A stretch of DNA of 64,000 nt. It comes from Phoronis australis. Its lineage: Eukaryota > Animalia > Phoronida. Under the pieces are notes generated by a model. It was not told the DNA's origin. It made no database searches and was given only the letters and a program-made list of their open reading frames with translations. A program made the translations under genes and the position numbers. The stretch covers positions 141,552 to 205,551 of the forward strand of contig NMRA01000686.1 in NCBI GenBank assembly GCA_002633005.1. The letters are read 5' to 3'. Of this stretch, positions 1 through 12,700 are shown in pieces; positions within the stretch are counted from its first letter, which is position 1; each line of letters begins with the position of its first letter.

Positions 1-985
1 TTTATGATTGTCTGCACTATCGTTGAACGTTTGTCTGATCGTTGTTCCGGGCCCTAGAGATATTTGCCCAAGCTAGTGGAATGAAAATAGAATGTTCGGC
101 TTATTAATTTTGATGGTGCAACAGAGGGGAGAAGTAAAAAATTTGTAGTGACAAAGAATTTCCCTTTTAACGATACCATCACTTCTACAAAATACGACCA
201 AATAATACAAAACATTAAAATTGTGAACAAAGTTGCATAAGTAATACATTTCAAATTTTGATGTTCTATCACGAATGGTCAACTACTGCTTGGACCCCAT
301 GGTTAGATAGAATCCATGCTTACTTAAGATAACGTCAAAACACAACGAGTGATGACATAATAAAATGAAAAATATCGCAATGACATCGATCGATGAAATA
401 ATAATCCATGTCTGTCGTGTGAAGTAATTGTTTGAATGACAACGACCAAGACAATTGTTTAAAGCTAGTAGTTCTGTATTGAATTATACTCAAGTAATTT
501 GTAAAACTTATGCAAATTTAAATGACCTTCATTTTTGATTCCCTGATTTAGAGAACGTTCAAAGACACGCCTAATAACAGAGTCTCAGAGTGAACAAATT
601 ACAACAGCTACTAAACTCCAAGTTCTTGCGGCAAACAGCACTGAGGTAAAACAGCTTAGATTCCGGTGGGTGATTCTCGAATTATGAATGTTCTATGCCG
701 TATTCTTGTAGTGCACATTCACTCAAATGTCATGTGATGTGAGCTACTAAAGCGACGCCCAGACGCCAGATTTTCTTTCACAGTATCAACGGTCCAGAAA
801 CTAAAGTAGAAAGGGGCAGTGACCGTGACTAAAAATGGAGCACGTGCCTTTGGAAATCCATTTAAGTCTACTCAAGCGGCATTAAACCCTTTCATCATGG
901 CAAAAACAGTTTTGATTAAAGGCATGTAGGCTACCAATACGAAGTTGATCTAGATCTAAAAAAATCTATGGCCAAGTCAAATAAC

Positions 986-1113
986 TTGAGGCGCTGTAGT
1001 TTCTTCAGAATGACGTTAGAACTGCATACGTGTCTCAAACTGTCGTGAAATCACGGCAGTTTGAGACACGTATGCAGTTCTAACGTCATTCTGAGGAAAC
1101 TACAGCGCCTCAA
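986..1113. repeat. Near-perfect palindrome: 63-bp arms, 2-nt loop
   Basis: 986-1048 is the reverse complement of 1051-1113 with 2 mismatches. Confidence 0.97.
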
Positions 1114-1466
1114 TATTACATACATGTACACTTTGACTAGGTCTCACTCCCCTAAACAAAATCAAGTTCTGGCACACTGTAATTGTAAAACAGCTAAGTC
1201 ATATACCGAAAGAATATCACTACGGATGCTTTGAAAAAGTGCACACCTGCTTTGCAAAGACAAAAGTTTCATTCAGCTGATTGGATGACAGTTTGATCAG
1301 AATTCTCGTGAGCCCTTCTAAGCTATGACAAATATAAGATTTTAACAGTGCTATCATAAAAATATTCAACATAAAACATATAAAGAAACGGTTGCAATGG
1401 AAACGTTTTTAAAGGTGCACTTCATGCCAGTGAGGATCAGGTGAGTGTTCATGCGTGGAGACTTAC

Positions 1467-4400
1467 ATTCGTATCCAGTGGTTGGTTGACGTTCCATCCG
1501 CAATCTAAATATTTCACTAAATGTGTACAATTGCCATGTTTCACAGCTGTTCTAACCTGAAAAAATACATACATATACATGCACTTTAATTCAATAACAA
1601 ACAGGCATACTCATCTTCTGATCGTCCCCAATACACTACATGTAGTATTACAGGGTGTATATGTAGTGTATTGGGACGATCAGAAGCTGAGGATGCCTGT
1701 GATCCAAACACGCCTTCCATGGGCTTTGTACACTCGGCAACTGTATGTATTCACAGTCACAATTTGTGTGATAATAACTAAGACAGGTGATACTTGGAGA
1801 ACCCTTAAAAACCTCTGTACATGTACATGTACAGAGTCAGCGATTGTTAATGGTAGGTTAACCCTTCTGCCAGTTGATCTTGTAGGAATTTATTGAGGTT
1901 CATTCCATTTTTACTCGGTTTCAAATAACGAATTTTCCAGGGGCATGGCTTAGTTAATTGGTAATGGTTAATTGACAAGGGTTTGGTGAAGACGTAACTT
2001 GTATTGAATACTGTGGTGAACAAACACGAAAACCGAAGTAGCGCTGCGTGTTTTTTGAAAAAAATGAAGCCTCACTGTTACCGGAAACGGGGTACTCACT
2101 GCAAGTGTGGCACGGAACCGAGGGTGACATTTCCACAGCAAGATTCCCAACTAATGGGAACCTGTGCCCTTTCTGAGCAATTCCCTTTGGAAAGATGATT
2201 TTTGACATTCATTTATACGAAAGTGAACTGTGTCAAGTTCGAAACTCCAACTGGAAAAAAGCTGCCAGTGTGCTCCCTTTCCACCTTCAAAACTCTATGG
2301 AAATGACATTTCAACAAGGTTTCATTAAAACACCAGTGTTGACTTAAAAAAGTCTAGGCTTAAAAAGCAGCTGTCCTTGAGTTCTTGCGAAATGGTAGTA
2401 TCATTGCTCTAACCTCTCTGGCCCAACGAATCTCTAGAATGGGTGAGTTTTCATGGAAGCTTTCCTGCAAATTGTTCCCCTTTTTGGGCCCACTCTCTAA
2501 ATTGGTGTGTATCCTAACTTTCCAGTAACGTGAATTGCATCCCGTCATTCGAGTACTGCCCTCCCGCATTTTGATCGATAATCAGACGGATTTCGTTATG
2601 GCAAATAGCGGATAGCACAACAGTAGGCTATCACCCAAAGTGTTGAATGTCCTGTAGGTTAATATTTATGTTCTGTATCATATAACTCACAAGTATTAAG
2701 TAATACGGCTTGTCATACGCAGTGTCAAATGTTGATAACAAAAGACCTAAGCAAAATGTACAAATCTGGCTAACCTTGGAGCATCAAATATGAATCTCAC
2801 AAACGCCGATAGGAATGTTTCAATTCTTTCCTATCATGCTTTATGTACTATTCTCCAAAATACTTTTAGGAGATCTTTCAAAAATGTTCCACATTGTATG
2901 AGTGGTAAGAGTAGGACTACTGTGATTTCTATAGAAAAACTCTGAAGTTGCGTGACACAAAAGAATTCGGATCGTTTCAGGCAGAACGTATTGAAATCTC
3001 CTTTTGAACATTGATATCAAACTAGCTCCCGGCTCGGTCGAAAAAGGCTCCTTGGACTTGATGCACTCCCCGTCGGTAGCTGTGTGACCGCCCCTTTCCC
3101 ATACCCAGCCTNNNNNNNNNNNNNNNNNNNNNNNNNNNNNNNNNNNNNNNNNNNNNNNNNNNNNNNNNNNNNNNNNNNNNNNNNNNNNNNNNNNNNNNNN
3201 NNNNNNNNNNNNNNNNNNNNNNNNNNNNNNNNNNNNNNNNNNNNNNNNNNNNGATCCATTTTCTGAACACAAGAGACGTGGAAAAATTTTCGAGAAACAA
3301 CATGAAATTTGGATCAGCAACCTCTGAGTACTCCTGGTAGTCACCTAGGCTATCGGCAAATCCGATGGCAAAATAGTCAGCCACAAACTTGACTTCAAAA
3401 TGAGCTATGCGCTCAAATAGTGGCTTCCGGACGATCGTTAACATAGGCCTGAACGGGGTAACCTTCAAACTTCAAGAGACGTGGAAAAATTTTCACCATT
3501 GGCGCTGTTATTTGGCGGTAACATGTCTTAACATACACTCTATGTGACAGGCTATCGGCAAATTGTGTAGTTATCTCCCCTTGCTTATAAATTCCTGATT
3601 TTTGCCTGCTCTTGTGTATTTCTTATGGAGGGCTGCTGGCAAGATTTAGCGCATGCGCAGTAGTGCATGTTACAAATTTCTGGCGTTGACCCCTTCAGCA
3701 GCGCCTGGAAGCAGCTGCCTTTATCTGGCACCCACTTGCTACGCCACTGATCGCGTGTGAGTCAAGAAAAGCCAATTTCAACCAATATACTAACCAGGAC
3801 ACAAAGCCACTGACAGCATCACTCAAGCTATAATGGACTATTCCTTGAATCAAGGGGTCAAAGGGTGTGATCAAAAGGCTAACACTAAATATGGGGCTTG
3901 ACATGGTGTAATCGACGTTGCGAATACACAACGTACACAAAGGCACCTAGATAGGCAGGCAGTTTTATGACTCTTAGTCGAACAACGCAAAACACCTAGT
4001 GGAGCCTCCACGACAAAAAATCGTTCCTAACTCAAAATGCTCGGTTACCGAAAGAAAGTAAATAGCGACTTCAATTAACAAAACGAAGGCGGTTGCATAA
4101 TGCTGACTGACTGTATCCAAACGTTCCGGAGGTAGACTTTATACACCGCTTTCAAAACAGTGGAGTTCGGTCTCAAAACTACGCCCCTCGTGACGTTGGA
4201 AAATTTCCAGCTCAAGCCATTTTGACCGTACGAGGTCATTGTAAGAGTATATGGATCAGTAATAAAAATTGGTTTCATAACACGACCTGCGACTGGATCT
4301 CAATGATGTACATGCCGTAATTTATCTAATCACCCATCTTCACAAATCGTGCACAGTCGCTTGTGATGTAATGACAGACACATTGTGACTTTAGCACCTG

Positions 4401-4573
4401 AGGTCAAACATTCAAACTTAGATCAACAAATTCAACATAAAACAAGTAAAGGACGTGGAACTGAACATGTCACAAGGATGGAGGAAAGACTTCTTTGAGA
4501 CAATTTGGATCCTCACCTTTTTTAATTCTTCCTCACCGAGAAGAATTCCTCCGGATTGTGTGCTCTCAGCCAT
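1467..4573 (-). CDS. 5' part (exons 1-2) of a tandem paralog of the ankyrin-FAM111-like gene; remainder is left of the window
   Basis: Exon 4573-4517 is MAESTQSGGILLGEEELKK|gtgagg. Exon 1556-1467 is VRTAVKHGNCTHLVKYLDCGWNVNQPLDTN|gtaagt. Flanking introns align to 34250-46190. Confidence 0.8.
1601..1700. repeat. Inverted repeat / small foldback element with ~40-bp arms
   Basis: acaggcatactcatcttctgatcgtccccaatacactacat ... atgtagtgtattgggacgatcagaagctgaggatgcctgt. Confidence 0.9.
3112..3252. other. Assembly gap (141 N)
   Basis: Run of n. Confidence 1.
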
Positions 4574-4739
4574 GTTGTAAGTCAGGTCTTGCTACTAGGC
4601 CTACACCGTCTTAAATCAGAGCCTAATGATAACACGGTACTTTCTGTATCTATAGGATTTACCACAAGTTTCGATGCGTCATCAGTTGCTGATAAATAGG
4701 TCGCCAACCCACACGATAGATGGCCGGTAAAGTGGTAGC

Positions 4740-4880
4740 CGTCACGGCCGTAGGAAGCGCGGGGAAGAGTGGAAGGGGAGATGGCAAGTTCCTCCCAATA
4801 ACTTGCAGATGTCAGGGTAAAACCGCGGTAACCACGTCATAGATGTGGGGCCGGGGACAATTCAAGAAAAATACAAACCG
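4740..4880 (+). repeat. Dispersed repeat fragment, second copy at ~54850-54985
   Basis: gtcacgg.cgtaggaagcg...aagttcctcc...ttgcaga..cagg.taaaaccg.gg is shared by both sites. Confidence 0.7.
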
Positions 4881-5679
4881 AATCATATTGAGAACATTCA
4901 AGAAAATATTTCAGTGTATTAACTACCGGTGCTTGATTTCGACTTTAATTGTGGATTCTGACCATGACATCTTCATAGGGTGACCCAATTTTGCAGCAAA
5001 TGTGGTCTAAACGCACTCGAAAACGTTTACTTCAACTTTCATAATTGCATTTTGGAAAAGGCGATAAAACTTGTAAACGCAACTTCTGCAGAGAAATCGT
5101 ACAACATTTAGGTTAAGCAATGTCACTTTATGGACAGTCACACGATGATGTAACAGACTGCGACTTTTTCCGGGCATTTAGCCTTCCATAGTAAAATGTC
5201 ACCTTTCAGACTGGGCAATCTGTTGGATAGGTGGCCAGGGCAATTGCCTCCTTGCCTCTCTGTAAATCACGCACTTTATTCCAAATTCAATATAATTCGT
5301 GCAAATCACAGCAGTATCAAAGAATCCGACCCAAACAACATAAAACCATGGGATTGGAAAATTCCATTGAATAGAATTTGAGGAACAATGAGTTTAAATA
5401 TCTTAAAAGGAATATTTACGATAGTTTTCATAACGATAACATGTCCATACATTTTCCCGTAATATGAGAATATTTGTTTTACAGTGAACTTGCACCAGTA
5501 TTGTCGGGAGCTTTATTGGGGGACTGTAAAAAAACCTGACCCATCTTACACAGGTTTCTTAAAGCAACGTGAACGTGAATTATCTAATGTACATGTATGT
5601 TATTGCATATATAATTACGCGTGGCGATTCCCGTTATAGTAAGAAAACTGAGCACGTTTAGCAACAGTGATTTTTTTGC

Positions 5680-5770
5680 GTGAACGTGAATATAAACGTG
5701 AACTGGATAATTGAGCTCAGGGTGTCCAGTTATTGTAGGCCGAGTACATGTCAGCTAGTTTACAGAAACT
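5680..5770. repeat. Dispersed repeat with (CGTGAA) subrepeats, inverted copy at ~27925-28015
   Basis: ctcagggtgtccag..tgtaggcc.agtacatgtcagctagtttaca matches the reverse complement of 27925-28015. aaagc.acgtgaacgtgaa also occurs at 5561 and 27541. Confidence 0.7.
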
Positions 5771-8700
5771 CTGCCAATGCAAATTCTTTTACTCACAAAA
5801 AGTAGTTTGTAAGACCTCCTTCTCCAAATGGTTAACTTTTAAAATGCGGAATTTGTTTGCAGTTTAATTTAAATAGATGCATGTATTAGCAATTTCATTG
5901 ATTGATTATACATTTTACTCACCAACACCAAACATCGCCTCCGAGACGGTCCGTTGCGTGTTCCGTGACAATTTTTCGGTTTTCCCACTTCTGTTTCACT
6001 TCACTAGGATTCTCTGGTTAGAACATATACGGCGCGAATCCATCCAAACGTTGTTTCTGCATTTCCTGAATCTTCCATTTCGCATTAACATTTCATTGAA
6101 CTCTTGCGCTGTCACAGCGTTACGGTAACGTCTGTCCATGGCAAGGTATTAAGCTTTTCTGACCCAAGTGCGAAATGTCTCGGGTCCGGCATTCTTTTTT
6201 ATCATGCTTGGGCGTAATAATCACGGAGCGACTATAAACAGATTAGTTCTCTGGTACACGCAGGATGTCGCCCTGGGTCCGACGAATCTCCATTCATTGC
6301 CAACCGGTCCCCCAATGCACGCAGGGACCCTGTATTTTAATTGGTTCGTTAGACCCCGACGTCTTTGTGAATAAGCGTTGTTAGACTGAGAAAGTGGTCC
6401 CCACCGAGAACGCGCTACTGACTTCGGCGACGCTAGACAATCGAGACACATATTACATGCACGTTGATGTGTCGAGATAAGTGTCCTATACTATTGTTTT
6501 AACTTAGGTGTGTCTAACAGATGTAATTTTGAAAATCTGTGATTTGAAACATGCACCCGTCACCGTAAGGTAAGTTTCCTGTGGCAACGGACTGTACAGT
6601 ATGTCTTGGGTCACATCTAGATGATGTCATTTACGTCGTTTAGAACGTGCCCCATTTAAAAGGGAACTGTATTTTATTCTGAATAAATTCTGGATAGTTT
6701 TCTAAGAATTGTAGATTAATTTCACAAATAATTCAACACCAAAAATTAAACTTATATTCTCTAACGAAGCTCAAAAAGATACCGGCTTGGAGCGCTGCTT
6801 AGTCTCGTGACGTATTTGGCGGGGGCCAAGTCACTGTCCTGTGTTAGCGTGCAATCAAGTAGCGTTTTTCATATTGTCGGAATAAGAAATTTTAGTGTGA
6901 AATGTCGTGTCACAAGGGATACCTGTTTGAGCCGAGGCAACACAAAGTGATACCCAGTCATAGTCATCGTCAGACGAAAATTTGCCGGTGCAACTGGTGT
7001 CAGTGACTGTGCCGATCGAGGGCAATGTGGACTCTAGCCATCCAGTCAGCCAGCTGTCAGCCAATGCTCAGCTCTGTAAACTTAAAGGGTTGGTAAGTTA
7101 CCGACTGTAGCTGTATGAAGACTATCGTACCACTGTGTGTTGAGCTCCATTGACCCCGAAATTTCAGACAGCCGTTGACTACCAGGGTATAGTTGACTCA
7201 GTTATGCTCGTCACCTCGTCGTAAAACTTACGCTACTGTTCAACATATAAAGCTAACGGACCGGCGGGGGCGCATGGTAAAGGTCAGATGACGTAATCGC
7301 AAAAAGCCGAGGCAAGAGAACACATCACAATTTTACTAGCAGCAGTCGATGAACGATCGCTAAAATTTCCAACACCGGTAAATACAGAAGTTAGTTTACT
7401 CTAGGAACCTGATTCCTAGGTTTACTCAAGGATGACTTAGTTTTCAAAATGACATTTATTTGAGTCAGATTTTATTTTTACATTTTTACCCATATCGGCT
7501 TAAACCTGTAGGCCTATATCTACACAGAGCTTTGGGCCAAGGCTTGGGTAACCCGGCGACGGTATGCGATGACCATCCCTTTAGAAGACGCCTTTTTCGA
7601 AGACTTTGAGCCACCGGGTGCCATACAAAAAGGCATAGCGAACCTTTTACAGCACTGTGGCAAACAATAAAAATTAAGGACGATTGATACAATGATAAAT
7701 TACGATGTAAACTCTTCAAATATGACATAAGCAATGAATGTGTAAAGCAGCCGATACCCCGCCGTTCACGTCACTGACACATCAGCCAATCAGCGATCGC
7801 TTTCAGAATTCAGTGTTTTGGCCATGAATTCGAATTGGCTTTTGTTTGACACGCAAGTCAGGCAAATGTGAGTTTTATTTGTATGTTAGAACCGATTAAC
7901 TGCAACATTATTTTGACTACAGTCCCCTTTTAAAGTTTTTTTTTCGGCGCTAAATGGGATTCCTGATGGGGTCGTACGTCAGTAATTGGCGTAATTATCT
8001 AATGTCAGGAGTAAAGGAAGGTATCATATGTTTGTGTCGATCAAGGATACATATATTTAACATGTTTTAAAGTCATTTGGCCGTTATATGGGGTCTTTAA
8101 GTTTAGTCCCTGTTTGGGACTGTTTTGTGCAGCGCAGCACTGAAAACCTAGCCAAGCTCTGTGGACACGCAAGTTTACCGTTATGTAACCAAAAACTGTG
8201 AGGAGCCGTGTTTCCTGGACTTAGCCGCATAAAGCTTCAAAAGTTTTCCGCTGGATAGGTTTGATTGTTGTATGACGTCAAGTGCATTGTTTAACAATAA
8301 CAACGTGACGCGTGATAATGCGACGTCATTGTTGTTATACGGCGCCAGATGTTGAAATAGTCTAGCCTCAAAAATAATATGCAAGTCATGATCACTCATA
8401 CATGTATTACTGAGATTGTTGTCCATAACTTTCTGGTACGATTTAATTCAATGGCTGTTTAAAAATGTGAATTATTCCGTCGTCCACAATGTTTTCTTCA
8501 ATAGAAATGTTTAGTTTACGCATTTGTTTTTGCGACAAATTTGCTAAAATACTTTCAAAATGAAAAATTAATTTATATGTCGAAAATCTTGAATGTGAAA
8601 AAGAGACGATTCTCTTTTTCTCTTCCGTTCCTGTTATTATTAGCAAAACCTTAACTTTAGCGCGTGGTCTTGAAGTCTGCATGTGGGCGCCTGCGTGTGT

Positions 8701-9409
8701 GTCAAATAACCACACTCTCCTTTACATGTATTTGCCCATATTAGTGTCAATAAAGTAGCTGTGAAAAGTAGAATTTTGACAAGTTTACTCCCACAAAATT
8801 AATATTGCTTTTTTTCAGCGACTTCATCTTATTTATGTTGGTGTTGGCCGGGCAACTCTAGAATTGTGGAATTCAAAATTGCACTTTTCTCACTAAGATC
8901 AGTTAAGCGTGCTGTTTTTTAAAAGCGCTTGGGTTAAGACTTTGACAAATTGCAGTGTCGTAGACAAAGTAAACCGGAAATACAAATTTAAGGCCAGAAA
9001 ATTACAAAGAATGTGTCACGACTGAAAGTGGACATATAAGAACAACACACGAGTCATTAAATAAATTCCCTGTATTACTGAAATATTTCAGCATTCAGAC
9101 ACCATGTAACACGAGCAGCCAATAAAACAGGATTGAAGTATTGATCACACGGAAATCTTGAGAACTGTATACACATTACAGACTGCTGCGAAGATCTTTT
9201 ATGGCTTCACAGCAGCTATACAATGTATCCCAAAATGTTCAAATTAATATTCTGAAATAAAATTAACAATGCACGGTATTGCTGTGCATCCGTGCTTTAA
9301 CAGTAACAAAATTTAAGATTACTATAGATTGTTTGATGAGGGTCAAGTCAGGTTCTGATTCTGCTGAGGTGGTTGAGGTTGCTGGCCTAATGTGTCTGCA
9401 CTTAGCTCA

Positions 9410-9721
9410 CTACTTGGGGCGTCCTCCGGGGAAGATATGTTGACACAAGTTGGCGTCATGCTGATGAATAAAGTCATAGATGCACTCTACTCTGACTCCT
9501 TGCTCAACGGTATTCAGATGGAATTGACCTTGTGGCAACACTATATTATGTCCACTCGTGTGCATGACAGCCAAACACGCCTCCTGTTGGTCGTCAGCTA
9601 CAAACCCTGGGCTTCCTGAGCTGCCGGGTCCGAACCTTGAGCTAGATTGGTAAAGCACTCGACGTCTGTCAGCTAATGTGTTGTACGTTTCGTTGTTAGA
9701 TTGTGTGTAAAGTTGAAGAAG
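9410..9721 (-). CDS. Exon 12 (terminal), catalytic Ser (GSSGSPGF) and AVMHTSG
   Basis: Phase-0 acceptor ttgcag|CTT, stop ending at 9410. Same frame as track ORF 9410-9727. The acceptor is slightly uncertain because another AG lies 16 nt upstream. Confidence 0.85.
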   Translation of the reverse strand, partial: LLQLYTQSNNETYNTLADRRRVLYQSSSRFGPGSSGSPGFVADDQQEACLAVMHTSGHNIVLPQGQFHLNTVEQGVRVECIYDFIHQHDANLCQHIFPGGRPK

Positions 9722-12700
9722 CTGCAATTGTAATAAGCTGAATCAAAAAAACGGTGTCTTATACTAATGAATAGTTACTGCCACCCATCCATTGCCACGT
9801 TATGAACACACTAGCTCATGCACTGATATACAAGCTGTACCCGTCTCGTGTCAAACTTTTCTAAAACCTACTTACTGGTATGAAAACTGGTCTCAAATGG
9901 ATTCCTACTCAAATTTGAAGTGATTTTGGACTTATATGAGTTAATTATTTAATGTCACTTCCAAAGCGCAAATCACGTGAATTTGAGCTTACCCAATACA
10001 CAGCACTTATCGATACAACTGGACTTATACCTCACATAAAATGGGCAGTCCTGTCAAGTCATCGTGTTGTGAGCTTAGGGAATTAAATTGCAGGCACTTA
10101 AAACAAAAATTTGTCTAAAGTTTGTTTCACTGAAGAAAGACGTCGTAAGTTTGTATGTTTTTGTCTTAATTTTGACTAATTTACCGGATGTCGAAGTCCC
10201 GAAGTTGAGAAAAATCTTAGACTTAAGGGAGAAAGGAACTTGAGTCGTTTTCTTGGAAGGGGTCGTCTGGCTGGTTGTATGAAACAGTCTGAAATAGGGA
10301 CTCAACTAAGGTCCCTAAGTCTTTTTGCGTATTTGTGTCTCTATGGATAATACATGTATAACTAAAATCTGAGCCCAGAGTCCTTTGAAAATAAATAGGG
10401 ACTCGGCCCTTTACTTGGAGGTGTTGCTTGAAAAGATCCCCAATTATTTTTGATACTGACAATTCAGCGTAGAGTTTACTCTGGATTTGCAGCGAAAGTT
10501 GACTTAGTAATGAAACTTAAACAATTTAAGAAAAAGTAATAGGTATTTTCACAAGTCCAACATTACCCAGTAGATTTGGGGAGCATAGTTGAGTCCCCAT
10601 TTGGTACTGTTTCAAGCTACAGGGTGCTGGTCTCTAACAAGCTCAGTTCTTGGTGAGATCCTAACAGTGTGAGAGGTAATAACCGGATGAACGGGTCTAA
10701 GTCAGAACTTGATATTCACAGTTTATCAAAGAAACTTTATACAGGGTTTTGTTTTGTAAATGTGTTGCCCTCGTTTATAAGTGCACTGTGGGCTTTAATA
10801 CTTTATATTTCACAGATACTGTAGTTGTGTTAGACATCGGTAGTTTGCTGCACGACTTAAAAACAAGTGCAACACATTTTGTTTGACCAAATAATAGAGT
10901 GACGTAACGTGTACCTGTGCTCTATGCATGTCGGATAAGTGCTCAATTTTACATTGAGTATCCAAAACCTTCTCGTGGCCGTCAGGATGGCCCGCAAAGT
11001 GCAGGTATTGCTGTCCCACGATAACTTTAAAACTAGTCAGTGGTGTCGGCAGCGAATGATGGTCTAGCCTCTGACACTGATTGAAGGCTGCCGGAAGTGT
11101 AGCGTTGAAATCTAGATCCACGATAGCCACGTCGAGGTCATCGTCACAAGCTAAGACTGAGAGGATGGGCGCTGCTTGGACTGAGCTCATACATTGCATT
11201 AGTGCCTTGTTAAAGTGAAAGAGAACAGCGTTGCTTCCAACTGAAACAGAGAGACAAAATACATGTAAATGATAAAGTGATCTGTAGAAATCGGGAGCCA
11301 CACAGTGGCGCTACATGTGCATGTAATGGCCATCTCGGTGACAAAAGTAATTTTCTGAATATAGTAGCGCAAAATCGAATCCACCAGCTCCGCGGAGCAG
11401 CCTAACGCTCTACTGCAAGGCGAAATTCCGCACGTTTACTAGCTGTAAAAATAGATTATAGAGTATTTAAATGGTAAAGATACCCGCTGATTTCTGCCAA
11501 TGTCTTGCAGACAACAGCGAGAATTGGCAAATCGTAAGGTCAAAAACAAATCAAAGGATGTTGTTTTTTTATAGCTATGATCCAAATTAATAACTTCAAG
11601 GTATCAATCCAACCCAACAACAATCCTAAGGAGGCCGTCGTAGAACCGGCAATGAGGTGATTTACAAATCAAATCCAACTTGAATCGTTCAGTTAGTCCA
11701 TATTTTTGCAAAATATAAAAAGCTATGAGTGTAGGGATATTCAAACTAGACGACTGCAGTCTTGAAGTAATTTTTAAGTCCACTTCATCAGAGGTGATGT
11801 GGAGCCGGGAACTACATGGCACTGGTTGAAATGTTTGGTTTGAAGGGTCATCTGGAGGTGACGATCACTACAAAAATTATATATACTCGAACAGTCGATA
11901 CTCCGAAAGGCAGTTATATCATACCAATTCTGTGCGGTACAGGCCAAGTAGTCTTACCTTTACTGGTTTTGAGTATGATCTAATTTTAAAGTATAGAACT
12001 TGAAGGATAATAGAGAGATTAAACTGCCACACCCAACCGCACATGGACCCATGCTAGGATGTCACCAGGGAATGACGTAACAAGAGGAATTAACGCAGCG
12101 TTCAATTTCAAGCCGTGTTTTCGGTCACCATTTTCTAATTGAGGTCACGTGATGTTCTGATGCTGGCATGATACTGTTCTTTGGCCAAAATAGGGATGGT
12201 GGGTGGGATCGCACAGAACTCAGACATTATTTATTCAGATCGGCCAACGAGTGACCTCAGATCTTAGGAGCTTTCGTTGGAATGAGGAATCAAGATTAAA
12301 GAATCAAGAATTAAGAATCTTTATTTAACGTCGTTCAAAGAACATATTGATGTTAGCCGGTAGGGCTAATTCTACGACATTAACTTTAACAGAAATATGA
12401 AGAAAATAGGACTTAATTTAAAGATGGATAATAACACATAGATACAGGTGTGAATAAAAGTGAAGTTGCCATAATCGCTAAAGTCTAGTCTAGGAAATGA
12501 GGTAGTAATTCCTAAACTTTATTTTTTTGTGTTTAACGTTAGGATTATGCCTTTAAATTTCCAGTTAGCCTGGGATAGAACACTTAGCGAGTTATTGCTA
12601 GTAAACTTGTATTATAAAAATACATTTCGTCAGCTTTGGGGCCTCCTTGAAGTAACAGTAAGCATGTTGTAAACAGCGCCCGAGGCAGTTTAAGTTTTGT

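Larger units (their letters stand above)
60..4700 (+). repeat. Segmental duplication block, direct copy of 34250-46190 once insertions are removed
   Basis: Collinear matches: ~60-575 with 34250-34818, 575-1560 with 37079-37930, 1900-3110 with 43750-44990, and 3720-4700 with 45170-46190. Confidence 0.9.

Noticed and set aside
148-232. Apparent coding conservation on the plus strand between paralogous intron-2 copies (VTKNFP...IVNK)
   Set aside because: About 5 silent versus 9 replacement codon differences plus nearby stops and indels, consistent with neutral drift.
2841-3468. Long track ORFs in several frames
   Set aside because: Artefacts of reading through the N gap.
11604-11822. 72-aa minus ORF between protease exons 10 and 11
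   Set aside because: Exons 10 and 11 join in phase without it, His-Asp spacing is already normal, and it has no recognisable motif.
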